This document shows positions 27,510-42,064 of a DNA stretch of 64,000 nucleotides, piece after piece. The first letter of the stretch is position 1, and each line of letters opens with the position of its first letter. Under the pieces are notes generated by a model that had not been told where the DNA came from, did no database searches, and was given only the letters and a program-made list of their open reading frames with translations. Source of the stretch: Octopus sinensis (lineage: Eukaryota); assembly GCF_006345805.1 (NCBI RefSeq), contig NC_042997.1, positions 72,540,001-72,604,000 on the forward strand. Reading direction: 5' to 3'. The translations under genes and the position numbers were made by a program.

Positions 27510-29181
27510 CGATTCTCCCTCTTTGTTTCTCTCTCCTTTCTCTCTCACTTTCCCACTCTCTTACTTTTCTTTTCTCTCGGACTCTCCCTCGCTTTCTCTT
27601 ACTCTCTATCTTTATCTCTCTCTCTCCCATTTAAAAAGAACAAAAGATCTTGAGTAAGTTGAGAAATAAAATATTTTGAAAGATCAATCATAAATATCAG
27701 GCAGTGACAACGGAAAGGTCTGCTTCAAGGCAGACAGCAAAACACTAACATTTAAAAGGGACAGACGAACTTGCGAGCTGAATAAAAATAATAAAATATT
27801 GGAAACCAAAGTTTGAAGGGATAGAATCTGAGGATAGTAGAGTCACCATGGCTGGCATTTCTTAACGACGGACAGATGTGAAAGAAAATTCCTAAACACC
27901 GAGTTTTGAAGTGATTCTTTCTCAAGACAGTAGACTCACCATGGCAAGCATTCAAAACTTCTTCATCATAGACGGCAACACATTGACGATTAAAAGGCTG
28001 GCGCAAATTTTTTAGCTTGATGTAACAGAGAATTCCTAAACACCCGCTCCTTTAAATATTAATCCCCTTCCAGCCCCATTTAGACCCCTTTTCACATTTT
28101 GGTTAATATAACCCGATTTCATTCGGGTCTACTTGGGCCACATTTTATAAGATGAGGAATTTTGTCCTAGAGGTCACGCCTTTCATTTGAGGAAAAAATA
28201 GCTGTCATGCAAACTTGCTAGCACTTTTAACATAGGTGTGCATATTTTCAATTCAACCGACCACATAATGCACACACTATATATACGTATGTATATATAT
28301 ATATGTGTATGTGTGTGTGTGTGTGTGCACGCATTATATATACAAATGTATACAAATTATATATATATATATGTATAAATTAAATTAGAGATAAAACCAC
28401 TAATAGGCAAATCAAACAGTGAAAAACATAAAACCAAAACATGAAAATAAAAATATAATATACAAAATATATAAAATATAAAATTGAAAAATTTAAATTA
28501 TTTAAATTTAAAATTAAAATTATTAATTTATATTTATAATTTAAAAAAATATATATATAACTATCAAAAAGTATTAAAAAGTTTGATATACATAAATACA
28601 GATATATACACTTTGTATATATTCATTATATATACATATTTATATATAGAACACACACACACAAACACATATATATATAAATTAACCCAATAATTATCTG
28701 ATTCATAATATTTATTCTCATGATTGTATTGTGGTGGTGGCGATGATAATTCTCTCTATGAATGCAGACAGACGTAGAGAGAGAGAGAGAGAGTGTGAAA
28801 GCGCTGTCGAAGGCGGGGAGTGGGGAGATATAGAACGCCGTGACACGACGTTATAAAAAGAAAGTGAAAGTAAGGGAGTTAGACGCCGTGAAACAACGTT
28901 ATATATAGAAAGTGATGGGAAGGGAGGAAAGAGAGTGAGTGATGGAGTAAGACAGATACATAAAAGAATGAGAGTAGACTTGTCAAAGTGAGTTTTTGGC
29001 CCTATCAACGACACCTTTTAAGATAGGAATTTCTAACGTAGCCCACTAACATCCTCACCTCATTTTACATGTCCCTGTAAATTTTGGAGTCAATCCGACG
29101 GGATCTAGTGGCCTTTAACCCGTTCTCAATGCCAAAACCAGACAAACTTTTCGCATTTCAGATTTATAATATAGCGAGAGA
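27116..29181 (+). mobile_element. Possible non-autonomous Helentron/DINE-1-like element with a nested SINE (~27175-27510)
   Basis: Begins tactagc...tgacccg after (TA)n; ends aattttggagtcaatccgacgg...cagacaaacttttcgcattt...ataatatag; nested piece has ggcacgtaaaaagcacc repeats and a (GAT)n tail. Confidence 0.45.
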
Positions 29182-30205
29182 TATATATATACGGAAAAAA
29201 AAGTCAAGGTAGAAAATGTTAAGATAATTTTATAAAAAACATTTCAGTACCAGTTTCAGTCATTGAAATATTTCAACTGTAAGTACGGAAAAGAATTAAA
29301 TTTTGGAAAAATTAAAAGAAAAGTGTTTTAAAAGAATATTTGCATAGTGTTCAAATACAAGTGGCATTTTCCTTTATTTCTGCCTGTTTCTGTATCTCTT
29401 GTTTACTCTTGTGGGTTCGAGGTCGTTGTGAATTATTGGTAGGGAAGGAGGGGAAGAAGAAGAAGAAGAAGAAGAAGAAGAAGAAGAAGAGAAGAAGAAG
29501 AAGAAGAAGAAGAGAAGAAGAAGAAGAAGAAGAAGAAGAAGAATTATGCGGGAGTGAAATGATAGTAGTATGTTAAACGGTCAAGTGCCCTGAAAATGAT
29601 CCGTTGTAGATGGTAGTAGTGATTGAATTCCTGAAACATCTCTTTTGAATGTTTTGTTTATAAAATTTGCGTAGGTGTTGTTTCAAACAGCAATAGTGGT
29701 AAAGTTAGGGAGGAGGTGGCGGAGAGGAAGAAGAAGAAGAAGAAGAAGAAGAAGAGAAGAAGAAGAAGAAGAAGAAGAAGAAGAAGAAGAAGAAGAGAAG
29801 GGAGGATAAGAAGGAATGTTGGTAGTATGATAGTAGTAAGGTATTAAATGGTCAAGTGACTTAAAATTGGCTCGTTATGGATTATAGCAATGATTATAAC
29901 AACGGACGTCTGTTTTGCGTTCGGTTTCCTTTTATGTCTCCACTGTCTTAATTTTGTTCCCAACTTTGATCCTCCATAAATTTCATATTTTATTTTAGAA
30001 TTTAAGGGAGCAACTGTCTTTGAACTAATATTGTCGTTGAATGCTCGAAATGAGTAGATAGACAGCCGACAACTGATGAAGGGTCTTTCACTGTTTTTAC
30101 TTGTCCTGTCTTCCATTCTTTCTCTCGTTGTTTGCAAATTTATCTCGTTTGCTTTGGCACTTTGTTGTTTACACAGTTGGTGACGTCCTGTACCCATATA
30201 TGCAC

Positions 30206-30263
<58 letters not shown>

Positions 30264-30327
30264 ATACCTATATGTATACAGACACATACACACGCACACA
30301 CACACACACGCACACAACACACACACA

Positions 30328-30385
<58 letters not shown>

Positions 30386-30404
30386 CACACACACACACAG
30401 AGAG

Positions 30405-31466
30405 TAGCGAGCAAAAAAAGGAGTACGATTAATATTTTTATTAAATGTCGTAAAAGCTAGTGAACGTACAAATTCGTCATTGGTTTCGTAAACACGGTTA
30501 ACCACTAGGTAAATTCTCTGAAAAAGTCTAAGTTTGTACAATGGTCGTAATAAAAGTTAATAACACTAACACTTGTTTCGTCCAAGTGTCTCATGTGCAA
30601 AATAAGAGAACAATTAGGTTCCTTCAGAAATTTCTGGAAATTTCATACATTGTTTACATTTGCAGGCTCAACGTTACTAGCTTCCGAACATGGTACACCA
30701 CGCTAGAGTTACTCCCGACTTCCGAAAAAAAAATTGTCAGAATGAATGTTTCAAGTATGATTCTCAGCTATTTCACGAGACCTAAGGAGATCTAAGAGTG
30801 TAGTTTCACGTGTTCTTCAGCTCTATGAAGTAATTAAAGGTTTTGAACTGAAAAAAGCAACTGGTAGACCATGCAAAACTACCATGCGAGATGATCGAGC
30901 CGTGTAACAGTACGTATTGAAGGATCCTTTCGAGACTGCGGCTGGAATTTTTAAGAAAGTAAAAGTAAATAATAGTACGGAAGTGAGCCGCTTTACAGTG
31001 TCTCGTCGTCTGAAGGAATTTGGATTAAAGACTTGTTCCCCGGCAACGGAACCTACCATCAGCAGGAAAAACAAATTGGAAAGACTTTCATTTGCAGAAG
31101 CTCATACGAACTGGAGGAATGAAAATTGGTTAAAAGTTCATTTTAGCGGTGAATTCAAATTCAATTTAGTAGGTTCAGATGGTAAACAGTATGTTAGGCG
31201 CTTCACAAGAGATCGGCTAAAATCCAAGTGCATGAAGAAATCTGCCAGGTTTGGAGGAGAAAGCGTCATGGCGTGGGGGGATGATTTCTTCTGAAGGAGT
31301 TGGCCCTCTAGTGAAGATTACAGAGACTATTAATGCTAATATCTATTTGAATTTGGTTAAACATCATATGATCCCATCATTACGAGCATTTCCGAATCAA
31401 CGTCTCTTGTCATACTGCAAAGCGTGTCACTGGAATTTTTGATCGAGGGAGAACTGTAAATAGTGG
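30405..31466 (+). mobile_element. Degenerate Tc1/mariner transposase, truncated at the HERO-like insertion
   Basis: VSRFTVSRRLKEFGL...LSFAEAHTNW...KVHFSGEFKFNLVGSDGKQYVRR...FGGESVMAWG. Confidence 0.85.
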
Positions 31467-34400
31467 GGAATTACAACCGTGTTTCGTGGTCTGCTACCAC
31501 AACAGCTCCTTTATAGGATCCAGTTAGCTCAAGACATCATCAGGAGGAATCACGTCCGGTTTCGGCCCCTACTTCTCTACCGTTTTGACGTGGCGGGGCC
31601 TTCCTCCCTTTTCGGAGATGTCTTCAGCTCTGGTGTTGGGTGCATGTCTTCTTTCTTCTTCTTTCTTCTGTTCCCTGGCCTCTTCGATGTATCGTCAGCG
31701 AGTGTCAGCCGGTGACTGACTGACTTGTCAAATTCTTCCCTTTAAATACCTGCCGCTAGGCTCCAGCAGGCAGCCCCAGCAAGTTGTCACGTGACACTAT
31801 CTCACCTTAACTGACTAGTGAAGGCGCGTAGTTTTAGCCCGCGCATTCTCTAAACGACCATCACCTGTCCGTCAGCGAAGCTGATTCAGTGCCAGCTTGT
31901 CTCACCTAATGATGTTATTTCCCGCCGGCATGTTATGACTTACAAGCCATTTTCGGTCTTCCCGCTTCAGCCATATATAGAAGCTGGCTTTTTCGACCGC
32001 CTCCTGTACTCTCCTTATTAGTTTTCGCTGCTCGGAGCGAGAAAAAACAAATCTTCTTTTGAAAAGCGTTGTCATTTTCCTTTCAATGAAGCCTCTAGCC
32101 CCCACTGCCAGGTAATAATATTCGACATTCCATCCCTGTTCTCTGCATTGTTCGATTAGCTTTTCGTACCTCTTCTCCTTTCCTTCCTCTGCATTGCCGA
32201 TGTTCTCTTCCCAAGGTACTCTCAGTTCTAGTAAAATTCATATTTTCTGTTCCATAGGACTAAATCCGGTCTTTTTGTTGTTTTTATTAGTGGAAATATT
32301 ACTTGTCTTTCCAAGTCCATGGCCACCTCCCAGTATCCTTTCCATCTTTCGTCTATCTCGTATACTTTACTTGTAGGCCTGGTTTTATATCCTTTTTCCT
32401 CCTTGTGGAAGTATACTTTCCTGCGCTTTTCTACTTTTGGGTACTCTCCCCTATTTTATCTCTCGATCTTCTCCTTGAGTGCTGCGCTTATGACGCCGAG
32501 GACTTGATTATGCCGCCATGTATATCTTTCTAGGGCTAGTCTGTAATTTGACAGAACATGTCTAACCGTCGCTTACTCTCCGCATCTACACTCATCAGTT
32601 GTTTTTATGTTCCACCGGACTAAGTTCGCCGGTGAGGGTAGAACGTCGAAGGTAGACTTGATCAGGAAGGGTGTTCTTGCTTGTTCCCAAGCCCAAAGTT
32701 CCTTCCATGATATTCTGCGGCTGATCACATATTCCTCCCATCTCAGGCACTGTCCCTGTTGACTGCATTGCACCAAATGTACATTTCGCCTTTCTTCTTC
32801 TTCCTTTCTCACTTCGTATACCACTGCCTCTTTCATCTCTTTTATACTGCTCTTGCAAAATGGCCTGAAATTTTGCGACCCTAGGCCGGTTCTTGCTTCT
32901 TGCATAGCTCCGACTATATCTGCGTGCCTCAGTTTTCCGATCGCCCTGTTTACTGCTTCTTCCGCCTTCCATTTCCTCCCTGTTCGTACCTTTAGAGGGT
33001 TTTCCTGGATGCTCTGATCTTTTGAATACCTTAGCATCATTACTGTCCTTGCCTTTCCTGACTTATATTCTTCGGCGATTGATGTTATTGGTAGTTGCAG
33101 CACGGGTTTTCCATATAGTGCAGTTGTATTCAGTGGTTTCGGCAGACCAAGCCATTTTCTGATAAACACACTGCATCTTTGTTCCATCCTTTCTACTCTA
33201 CTCGAGGCTATTTCGTACATTTGCAATGGCCACATTATTCTTGGGTACAGCCCAAATTGCAGTATCTAACATCTGAATTTTCCCGGCAGCGTTGTTCTGT
33301 CAATTGCCTTTAATCCTTGTTCAACTAACTCGTGTGTTTCTTTCCCTTGCTTCTTATCATTTAATAAATATCTATACCATCTGCCGAGACTCTTTACTGG
33401 TTGTTCTTTCACCGTTGGTATGCCTTCACCTCCTATCCTGAATTTCACTTCTTGCCTTCCTTTCATGAAAGCCACGCTTCGAGATGTTTTGGCTTTGAAT
33501 TTCATCCTTGCCCATCCTATCAGTTCGTCCAACCGCTCTAACGTTCCCTCTGCTGCTTCTCTACTTTCCGATAATATAGTTACGTCGTCCATAAAGCCCT
33601 TAATGGTGTCTTTGTAACAGCTTTCTCACAGTTTGTAGATCTAAGTAACATTTCCATGACTAGCACGAATAAGATGACTGATATCGTGCATCCGGCTGCA
33701 ATACCTATTTCAAGCCGTTGCCACTCCGTTGTGAACTTTCCTGCTGTAAATCTCATCCTCGGGTTGTCGTAGTACGGCATGAACATTCGTTGAACATCTT
33801 TTGGAATCCAAAAGAAATCCATCGCTGTTTTTATTATTGCGTGCGGAACAGATCCATAAGCATTGGCAAGATCTAGCCAAACATTATACAGGTTTTTCTT
33901 CATTTGTTTTGCACAGGTGATGGCTTCCCAGATGGCAAATGCGTGTTCTATGCACCCAGAGATTCCGAGGATTCCTGCTTTTTGGATTGCTTCATTAACG
34001 TACCCGTTATGCTGTACGAATCTTATGATTCGTCTAGCAATAATTCCAAACATGATTTTCCCGTCAGTATTTAATAATGATATTGGTCTAAATTGACCTA
34101 GTGTTTTTGCCTCTTTTTCTTTAGGTAGATAGATACCTTCAGCTATACACCATCACTCCGCTACATCTTTCTTCTTCCACATTTCTCTTATCAGTGCAAA
34201 CAGCTGCAAACGTAATTTCGGGAAATATTCATATACCTTGTAGCTCACTTCATCATTCCCTGGTGAACTTTTTGCTCTTGCTTTTCTTATGAACTCATCC
34301 ATTTATTTCCGTTTGATGTCACTCAAATCAAATGGTACTCTTGGTTCAGGTGGCTTCTTCAGTCCGTGCATTTCTGGGAGTACTTCATTTCTGTCAGAGT

Positions 34401-35587
34401 CGCTGTATGTCTCTTTCAGATGTTGTTCGAGCTCTTCTTTCGTGCAATCCAATTTTCTGCTTTTACTTTCAGTAAATAAATGTTTCGCATATTGATAGGG
34501 TTTGTTCACGAAGCTACGATAGTTTTTTTTTCTCTCTTCTTTCTTCTGCTCTTCCTTCTTTGTTTTCTTAGCAGATCTCGATGCCTCTTTTTTATCTCTT
34601 CATATAGCTGCTTTAGCCCTTCTCTTTCCTCCTCCCTCGCATCCCTCCATCTGGTTCTGAGTTTTTTCTTCTCTTCTCGAATCTTTGCGATCCACCTTTC
34701 TCTCCTCGATGGTCCGCTCTTTGCCGTTGATTCTACCTTCCCTGTTGTTTCCAGTCCAAATCTTTTCTCTCCTTCCTGGTAGATTGTATTAGCCAGGTTT
34801 TCGAGCTTTTGTTCGTCGTCGCCTTTGAATTTGGTGGTCATTCTTGCTACCTCGTTGTCAACTTTTTTATAACTCGCTGCGTCATTTGCTTTCGGCCATT
34901 TAATCTTTGTCCTCTTCACGCCTATCAGTCTTTTTTACTGTTCCAATTCAACTGTGGAATGAACCTCGCTATGGTTATTTTCCAGGGGGTTCTGGCCACA
35001 CGTCTTATGGTTTATCAACCCGCGTTGTTGAATTACTTTCTTCTGACACATCTTCCCTTGGTGGATTTTCAGCCTGATGCAACTAGCAAACACCTTTCCG
35101 CAGCAGCTGAACTCCTCATCTACCATCCCTATACCGTTTCCTTTCTCATTGTCCATTTCCGGTCCAAGTCCATTTCGTTTTTTTCCGTCTCTATTTGATC
35201 CTTTATTCTTCCCCCGTGGTCAGGGATCATGGGGGCATGATTTCCCATGTTTGTTTTTCGTCGCAATTTTACCCCGGATCGGGCTGCAAGCCCATTTGTT
35301 CCTTCGTTACGCTGTCGTACTGTCAAGCGTCTCTCCGCTTTGTTATCCCTCTTTCTGGATTGTCAGCAAGTCTTTCCCTACAGTCAGTATCTGAGGAATT
35401 ACAACCGTGTTTCGTGGTCTGCTACCACAACAGCTCCTTTATAGGATCCAGTTAGCTCAAGATATCATCAGGAGGAACCATGTCCGGTTTCGGCCCCTAC
35501 TCCTCAACCATTTTGACGTGGCGGGGCCTTCCTCCCTTTCGGAGGTGTCTTCAGCTCTGGTGTTGGGTGAATGTCTTCTTTCTTCTT
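31467..35587 (-). mobile_element. HERO-like (R2/NeSL group) non-LTR retrotransposon with RT and restriction-like endonuclease, frameshifted
   Basis: GILGISGCIEH, VWLDLANAYGSVPH, GIAAGCTISVILF, MDDVT, WARMKFK, KVRTGRKWKAEEAV, CRCGE, GARGFI; 193-194-nt direct repeats at both ends. Confidence 0.85.
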
Positions 35588-36059
35588 AAATAGACGGAGT
35601 GCAAAAAATTTTAAATAAGTGAATTTATGTTGTAGAGAGAACGTACAAATACCGTAATGACAAAGCTATTTACGCACGACGGAAATACACTGAAGTAAAA
35701 TTTAGACAGATGTGGCAAAACTGAATTTAAACACACTGGGTGAACAAAAATTAAAAATTACTAAATTACTTTTCAGGAAGGACGTTCAAAAACTGTAATA
35801 ATAGAGCTTTTTATGCATGACTAATTGATAAACACGGAAATTTATTTGTAGACAGAAGTTATTAAATGTGTGAGTTAAAGAGGGAGAGAGAAAGAGAGAA
35901 CACACACACACACACACACACACAGACATAGACTAAAAGCGAGGAACTATTATAGAGGGTGAGAGAGAAACAGAGAATGAGAAAAAGAGAGAGAAGAGAG
36001 GAATAAACAGAGAGTGAGAGAGAGAGAGAGAGAGAGAGAAAAGAGAGAGAAGCGGTTGA

Positions 36060-36330
36060 AAACTGGAGAAGTAAAATGGAGGCAAATGGTTGAAAACTGC
36101 AGAAGTTTTTAAAGAAAAACCTGTGTAAAACATCTTTTTTTCCGGTTTCTCGCTTTACACGGGGGCTCCGAGCAAAATGTTAAAGTGCATGACCATCCTT
36201 GGCACATAAGTAACATGTGTGCAAAGTTTGGTAAAAATTGGTTGAAAATTGTAGAAATGCATACGTACAGACACACAGACACGCGCGTGCACACACATCC
36301 TTTGTTTTGCGTATGTGTGCGTGTGTGTAT
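36060..36330 (+). mobile_element. Possible Helentron-associated (HINE-like) 3' end fragment
   Basis: tgtgcaaagtttggtaaaaattggttgaaaattgtagaaatgc...acagacacac motif typical of such ends. Confidence 0.3.
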
Positions 36331-36399
36331 ACATAATTATTTTCAAGGACCTATAATCCTTTAAAAGGATGCTAGCATCCTAGTTCTCCGGTTTATACT

Positions 36400-37320
36400 A
36401 GTGATAAAACGACATACAAAATATTAGAACCAATGTCTTACTTCATTCATCTAATCGTCCTCATACGATCATGAATACGAATAACGGGATAAAAAAACAA
36501 ACCCCTTATATATACAATAATTCTCGGAAATTTGAAAATTATATTGCATCTCCTGGTAAAAATAACATTGTTTGGTTCATAGTTCCATTCGCTTAACAAA
36601 TTATGAATAATTTGGTTGGAACCTTATACAAACTTTTCTCTAAACACTTTACAAAGGAAAATAGATATTATGATATTATCAACCCTAGGCTTCTTAGAAC
36701 TGGTTAATCCGTATCTAATAATTTATACCAGACTATATCTTCAATTAACGAAACACATTATCCAATTTTTATAATTATTGTAATAGTAGTAAATGCCATA
36801 ACAGTAATACTAATGGAATAAAAGTTAGTAATGAAAATGAATTTGAGACGTCTTGTGTACAAGGGGAAACAACCCGTGTCAAATCCCATTCCAACCTCTT
36901 GAATGTAAATAAAATGGCAAATAGCAATTATACTGAATATAATGATATGAAACAGAGTAATAATACGAGTACTAATGAAAATACTTTTTTTGATTACAGG
37001 GTTAGAAATGAATGTTTATTTTAAAATTATTGTAACAAATGAATGTTGTTTACAGATGTTTACAGATATCTGCGGGGCTACCCAGAATTATGTTAAGAAA
37101 CGCGTCTCTAATCATATTTACACCTTTAATAATAGGAACAGGTCTTCTTCTACCAACTTTATTATTTGGGACTTGAGAACAAAAAAAAAAAGAGCTTATA
37201 AATCCAGGGAACTCCTTTTGCTTTCTCTGTCTAGAAGAATTATTCTTGATCTTATATTCGAGGAGACTAGTTTTTCATGTGTTCATGCACGTAAATGTAC
37301 TCTTAGAAACTAACATTAAA
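36400..37320 (+). mobile_element. Degenerate Penelope-like 3' fragment
   Basis: IVWF...KLFSKHFTKENRYYDIINP; GATQNYVKKRVSNHIYTFNNRNRSSSTNFIIWDL...CVHARK (GIY-YIG remnant). Confidence 0.65.
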
Positions 37321-37929
37321 TATAGTCATCATTGATGATAAGCGTTAAAAAATGGATAGTACATGTAATATTGATGAAAAATAAATATGATATAATATAA
37401 TTTAATATAGTATAATATAGTAATTAAATGGTGTAGATCGACGTTAAGTCTTCTATACGTGTATTGGTATTTTATAATAAATTCAGTTAAGCACATTTCT
37501 CATAAATATATCATTGAAATTCTTATAATAATTTATAAAACTAAATTTTAGATAAAACATATTATCTTAATAGTAATTGCAACTTTAGTGTACTTAGTTT
37601 TAATATGTATTATCTATAAATAGTATCTGGTAATGTTTAGGTTTTGTTTTTGTTTACAAAGTTTATATTGACCATAGTTTTACGCATAAATATTGATGAG
37701 GCAATACTGTTGATTAGTAATTAACTAGCAGTTTTGATAAGTCACATTTTATGTTGTCTTCAGTATTTTTAACAAATGCATGCACAACTACTTGATGACA
37801 CTCCCCCTCACTCACTCTCTACTCATCTTTCTCACTCACTTTACGCGCTCTCTCTCTCACTATAACATCTATTTCACCCTAACTACTACACCACCACTTA
37901 TAAAAAGTATCATGTATTACATATGCACT

Positions 37930-39770
37930 CGCAAAATATTTCAAACGCAGGGAGAGAAAGTTTCATCCCAATGTTTAGGATGTTATCTGTTGATTGTATA
38001 ATGGTTCAATTTTTCAGTAATACAGAGTTTTTATTTGGTACCCCGACCTCTGTAATATTTGGCTTTCGCATTAATTTACAATTCTACATCCTTTCAATGT
38101 CCATATCATATTTGACAGGGCTGTTCATTTTTCTTCTCTGAATGACGCCAGATGTTGCCCGTCATTCCGATATACGTGTTTGCTATTCCGTTGGGGTCCG
38201 TGATCTTGGACTTGTATACGAGTTCTTTTTCGAGACAGTTGTTGTTTAGGAAGCAGCGGTTTGGGGATCTACAGTTGCATTGTCTTTCGGATGTGTTTCT
38301 GGTGGGTTTGTATTCATTTTGATTGAGTATTATTGACCCTATATTGGGGAAGTAACTATAACTAACTTTAACAGTATTTATTTGTTTTGAAGATCTTGTG
38401 GTATTTGTGTAAATGTAGAAAGTGGTTGTCTATGAGTTTGAAGAATTTCCTAGCTATGTTAGTAGCTACATTCATGCTATAAGGTGAGTTAACCCATAAG
38501 ATTTTCCTCTGTTTGCGTCTTCTTGGTCTATTTATATTTGGTTTAAAGTAGTATATGCTATTCTTGAAGTTGGACCTTTTTAATGCAGCATTATGATATG
38601 GTGCAGATTTTTCAAGTGTCTTTATCGGCGGATGAATTGGTGACACGCCTGCTAATGTTGTTAACCATTTGTTTAATTGATGCTGGTGGATGGTTGGAAC
38701 CTATGTTTATGTACAAAGTTCCCTCGTTTGGTTTGTGGTAGGGTTTAAATTTTCCTGTGTTAAGATTCAAATTAGCGTCTAGGGAGTTGATTTCTTTAAG
38801 ATTTGTACCAAATGTGGTTTTAGGCATAATTGGCTAAATGTTTTGCATAATGTTTTCTTTATTATATCCATATCATGTTCCTTTTCATTGCATACTACAC
38901 CCAGGCCATCGTCCCTTTATAAACCTATGTCAGCTTATTTTATTTCTTTTTAAGCGTATCTAGGATATAAAGGCTACAAGATCAGCTATCTCTGCACCGT
39001 CATAGCTCCTCATTGCCACCTCAAATAACTCGTCTCCATTCTTTTTTAACCAATAGGAATTATCCTGAGTAATGACTTCCTTGCGTTCATAATTATATGT
39101 ATATGAGTTTTTATTATTGTGACATATGTTTTACTAAATTCAAGTGCCCTCTGAAGCAAGCTTTTGGAGATCGAGGTGTAGAACTCTACGATATCGAATT
39201 GTATAAATTTGCATTCGGGTTTATCTTCTATTTTCTTAAACCATTCAATAGTTGCGCTACTGCATATTCATTGGGTAAGATTTGAGTGTGTTCTGATATG
39301 TCGTATAATATTATCTAATATGGATTTACTAATAATTCTTATTTCGCTTTTTATGGGATTTATTAATTTACAGCTAGGATTTTGCGTGAAGTTATTTTTA
39401 TGGTCTTTCACCGTTATGAAAGGATTTCATGGGATAAGCTTTTCTGCTTTGTCTCCTGTTTTAAACCTTGTGGCAATTTGTTTTTGCTTCTACATTTATT
39501 GAATTATAAGTGGTGGGATTTCTTTTCCTGTATGTTTTAGTTATGTTGTCGGTTAGTAATTTGTTGTGCGTTTGGTTGTTTACTTCATATATATTTTTTG
39601 TTTTACCCGCTTTAATAAACATATTTGCTGATGTTCTGAAATGTTTGATGTATATCTGTATGAGAACATCGTGTCCAGAGCAAAAACAATATATTGCAAA
39701 CAAATTGACCACTCAAGGGAAACAATTTGCCCAAAAGACAAACCCAAGGGAGATAAACAATCATTGATAC
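37930..39770 (-). mobile_element. Degenerate Penelope-like retroelement
   Basis: LDANLNLNTGKFKPYHKPNEGTLYINIGSNHPP, SAPYHNAALKRSNF, RKILWVNSPYSMNVATNIARKFF, KAGKTKNIYEV. Confidence 0.85.
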
Positions 39771-40686
39771 ATTGTTTTATTCACGTAAATTCATGAGAAT
39801 CTCCGAATACACTTCTCCATGTGATCGGCTTGAAAAATTGTGAAAACACTAGGATAGTTTCTTACTTTTCTTAACATGAAACCAATGGTAGCCTTAATTC
39901 ACAAATAGAGAAATTATATCCACCAATGCAGTATTGAGCATTCCTTTTCATCGTTTGACATTTACGTATGTATATATATTTCCTTTTTTCTCGTTGTTTA
40001 TGCATTTAACTCGTTTGTTTTCGTATTTCATGATATTTGCACCGTTGGCGACGTACTGTATCCATATATACATGTATATATATATATATATATAATATAT
40101 ATATATATGTACATCTGTATATGTGTGTGCATGTGTAAATATGTGTATGTGTATGTGCATGTGTTTGCTTAAAAGTACGTTTGTTACACGGTGATATATC
40201 TATGCATAAATACCTATAACGGTTGATGGTATTCATACATGAACATTTTTCTCTTTAAATATTAGTTTTCTAACTGAAAAGAAGCAACTGTCTAAATGTT
40301 AGAAATTAAACTTGCAACGCTTTAATTTTGATAGCATCGACGAAAGTATATGAATTTGAATTTCAGTAAAGTCTTTATTATTGTACTTATAACTCCTACT
40401 TGTAAGGTATATATTACACGACCTCTTTGTATGCAGGAAAACAGAAGACTTTAAAGATCGTCAATGAGTTATTCAGTAATATAACCATCAGTGGCAATAT
40501 CTATTTGTTAATATGTAAAGATTTTACCATGTTGAAGATACTGCAGATCTCGAAATACATGTTCATAAATAATCTGATATTTACAAGTTTTGTATTGTCT
40601 CAAATATTCAAAAAGTCATTAAAAGAACTTTAAATATTTAATATTAAAATTTTATATAAAATGATTCCTTGTTTCTATTCCTCTAG

Positions 40687-40749
40687 AATTGGAAGAGGAC
40701 TTAGAGCCTGAGACCGAAGAAACGGAAGATTTAAAGCTGGAGACACCAG
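40687..40749 (+). CDS. Acidic-repeat mini-exon 13, 63 nt, ELEEDLEPETEETEDLKLETP
   Basis: cctctag acceptor, ag|gtatgaattac donor, in-frame 15-nt deletion. Confidence 0.75.
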
Positions 40750-40846
40750 GTATGAATTACATATACATATATACAGATACATATATACATGAAAGTATAC
40801 ATACACACGAGCATTCAGACATACAAACACATGCACGCAAGCATAC

Positions 40847-41750
40847 ATGGGGACACCAGCCGTGAATTACATACGAATTGTTAGAAAGGATCACAAAAGA
40901 ACAGCTCCCAAAATTGCTGAAGAGCTTAATGATAATCTTGAGAACCCAGTTTCCACAAAAACTGTTCGCCGGGAGCTGCACAAAGCCGAATTTTACGGAA
41001 GGGCTGCAATCAAACAATCACTACTTTCAAAAACAAACGTTGCAAAATATTTAGAGTGGAGTAAAAACCTGCAGAATTGGTTCCCAGAGCAGTGGAAGAA
41101 TGTTGTTTTCTGAGACGAGTCATCCATTACCTTATTTCCGTCCACCGACCGAGTATACATGTGGAGACAGCCAAAAGAAGCATTTGACCCAGACTTCCTT
41201 CTTCCAACTGTTAAACATGGAGGAGGATCTGTGATGATTTGGGGGTGGGGTGGGCTATATCTTGAAAATCCGCCGGCCCAATGGTTTCCCTACTTGGCAG
41301 AATTAATAGTCAAGACTATTTAAGTATTTTATCTGATCAAATTCAACCTATGGTTGCGGAACTGTTTCCGGGTGAAAACGCAATCTTTCAGGAGGATAAT
41401 GCACCAATTCACACAGCTAAAGTTGTTACCGAATTGGCACGAGGAACATTCTAGTGAACATCTTATCTGGCCACCACAGTTCCCAGTTCTCAAAATTATT
41501 GAACATTTATGGTGCATTTTAGAAAAACAAGTAAGGAGTCGATATCCTCCATCATCATCACTACAAGAACTGGAGACTGTTTTAGCTGAAGAATGGACAA
41601 AATTTCCTTTGGAAGCAATTCAAACTTTGTACGAGCCCATACCCCGTAGAATTCAAGCTGTAATTACTGCCAAAGGCGGTCCTATCCCATATTAAAATTA
41701 ATTTGTTTGAAATTTTAAGGTGCTTCCATTATTTTGTCGAACCCATATAT
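40847..41750 (+). mobile_element. Tc1-family transposon relic (DD34E), 5'-truncated
   Basis: VSTKTVRRELHK, WKNVVF*DES, TVKHGGGSVMIWG, FQEDNAPIH, WPPQFPVLKIIEHLW, IPRRIQAVITAKGGPIPY. Confidence 0.9.
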
Positions 41751-42064
41751 CTACTTGTAAAGTATATGTTACAGGACCTCTGTATACAAGAAAATTCTTG
41801 ACTTTCATGAACGTTGATAAAGTATTCACTAATATAGCCAAGTGTGGTAATATCTATTTGTAAATATCTGAAGAGTTTAATAGGTTGAAGATGCTTAGTT
41901 CTTGAAATACCTGTTCATAATTATTCTGAAATATACCAGTTCAAATACTGTGTAAGATTGTGCATGGTTTTTGTAGTATCTCAACTATTCAAAAGGCATT
42001 TAAAACTTTAAATATTTAGCATTAAAAATTCATATAAAAGGTTTCTTCCTTTCCATTTCTCTAG

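Noticed and set aside
31467-31580. Hammerhead in the HERO terminal repeat (minus-strand CTGATGA and GAAAC...GTA)
   Set aside because: I could not build stems I and II consistently around the core; it would need an Infernal hit to be believed.
37215-37270. ctccttttgctttctctgtctag...attcgaggagactag resembling another mini-exon
   Set aside because: Lies in the Penelope C-terminal remnant; no ELETP end or gtatga donor, so a chance resemblance.
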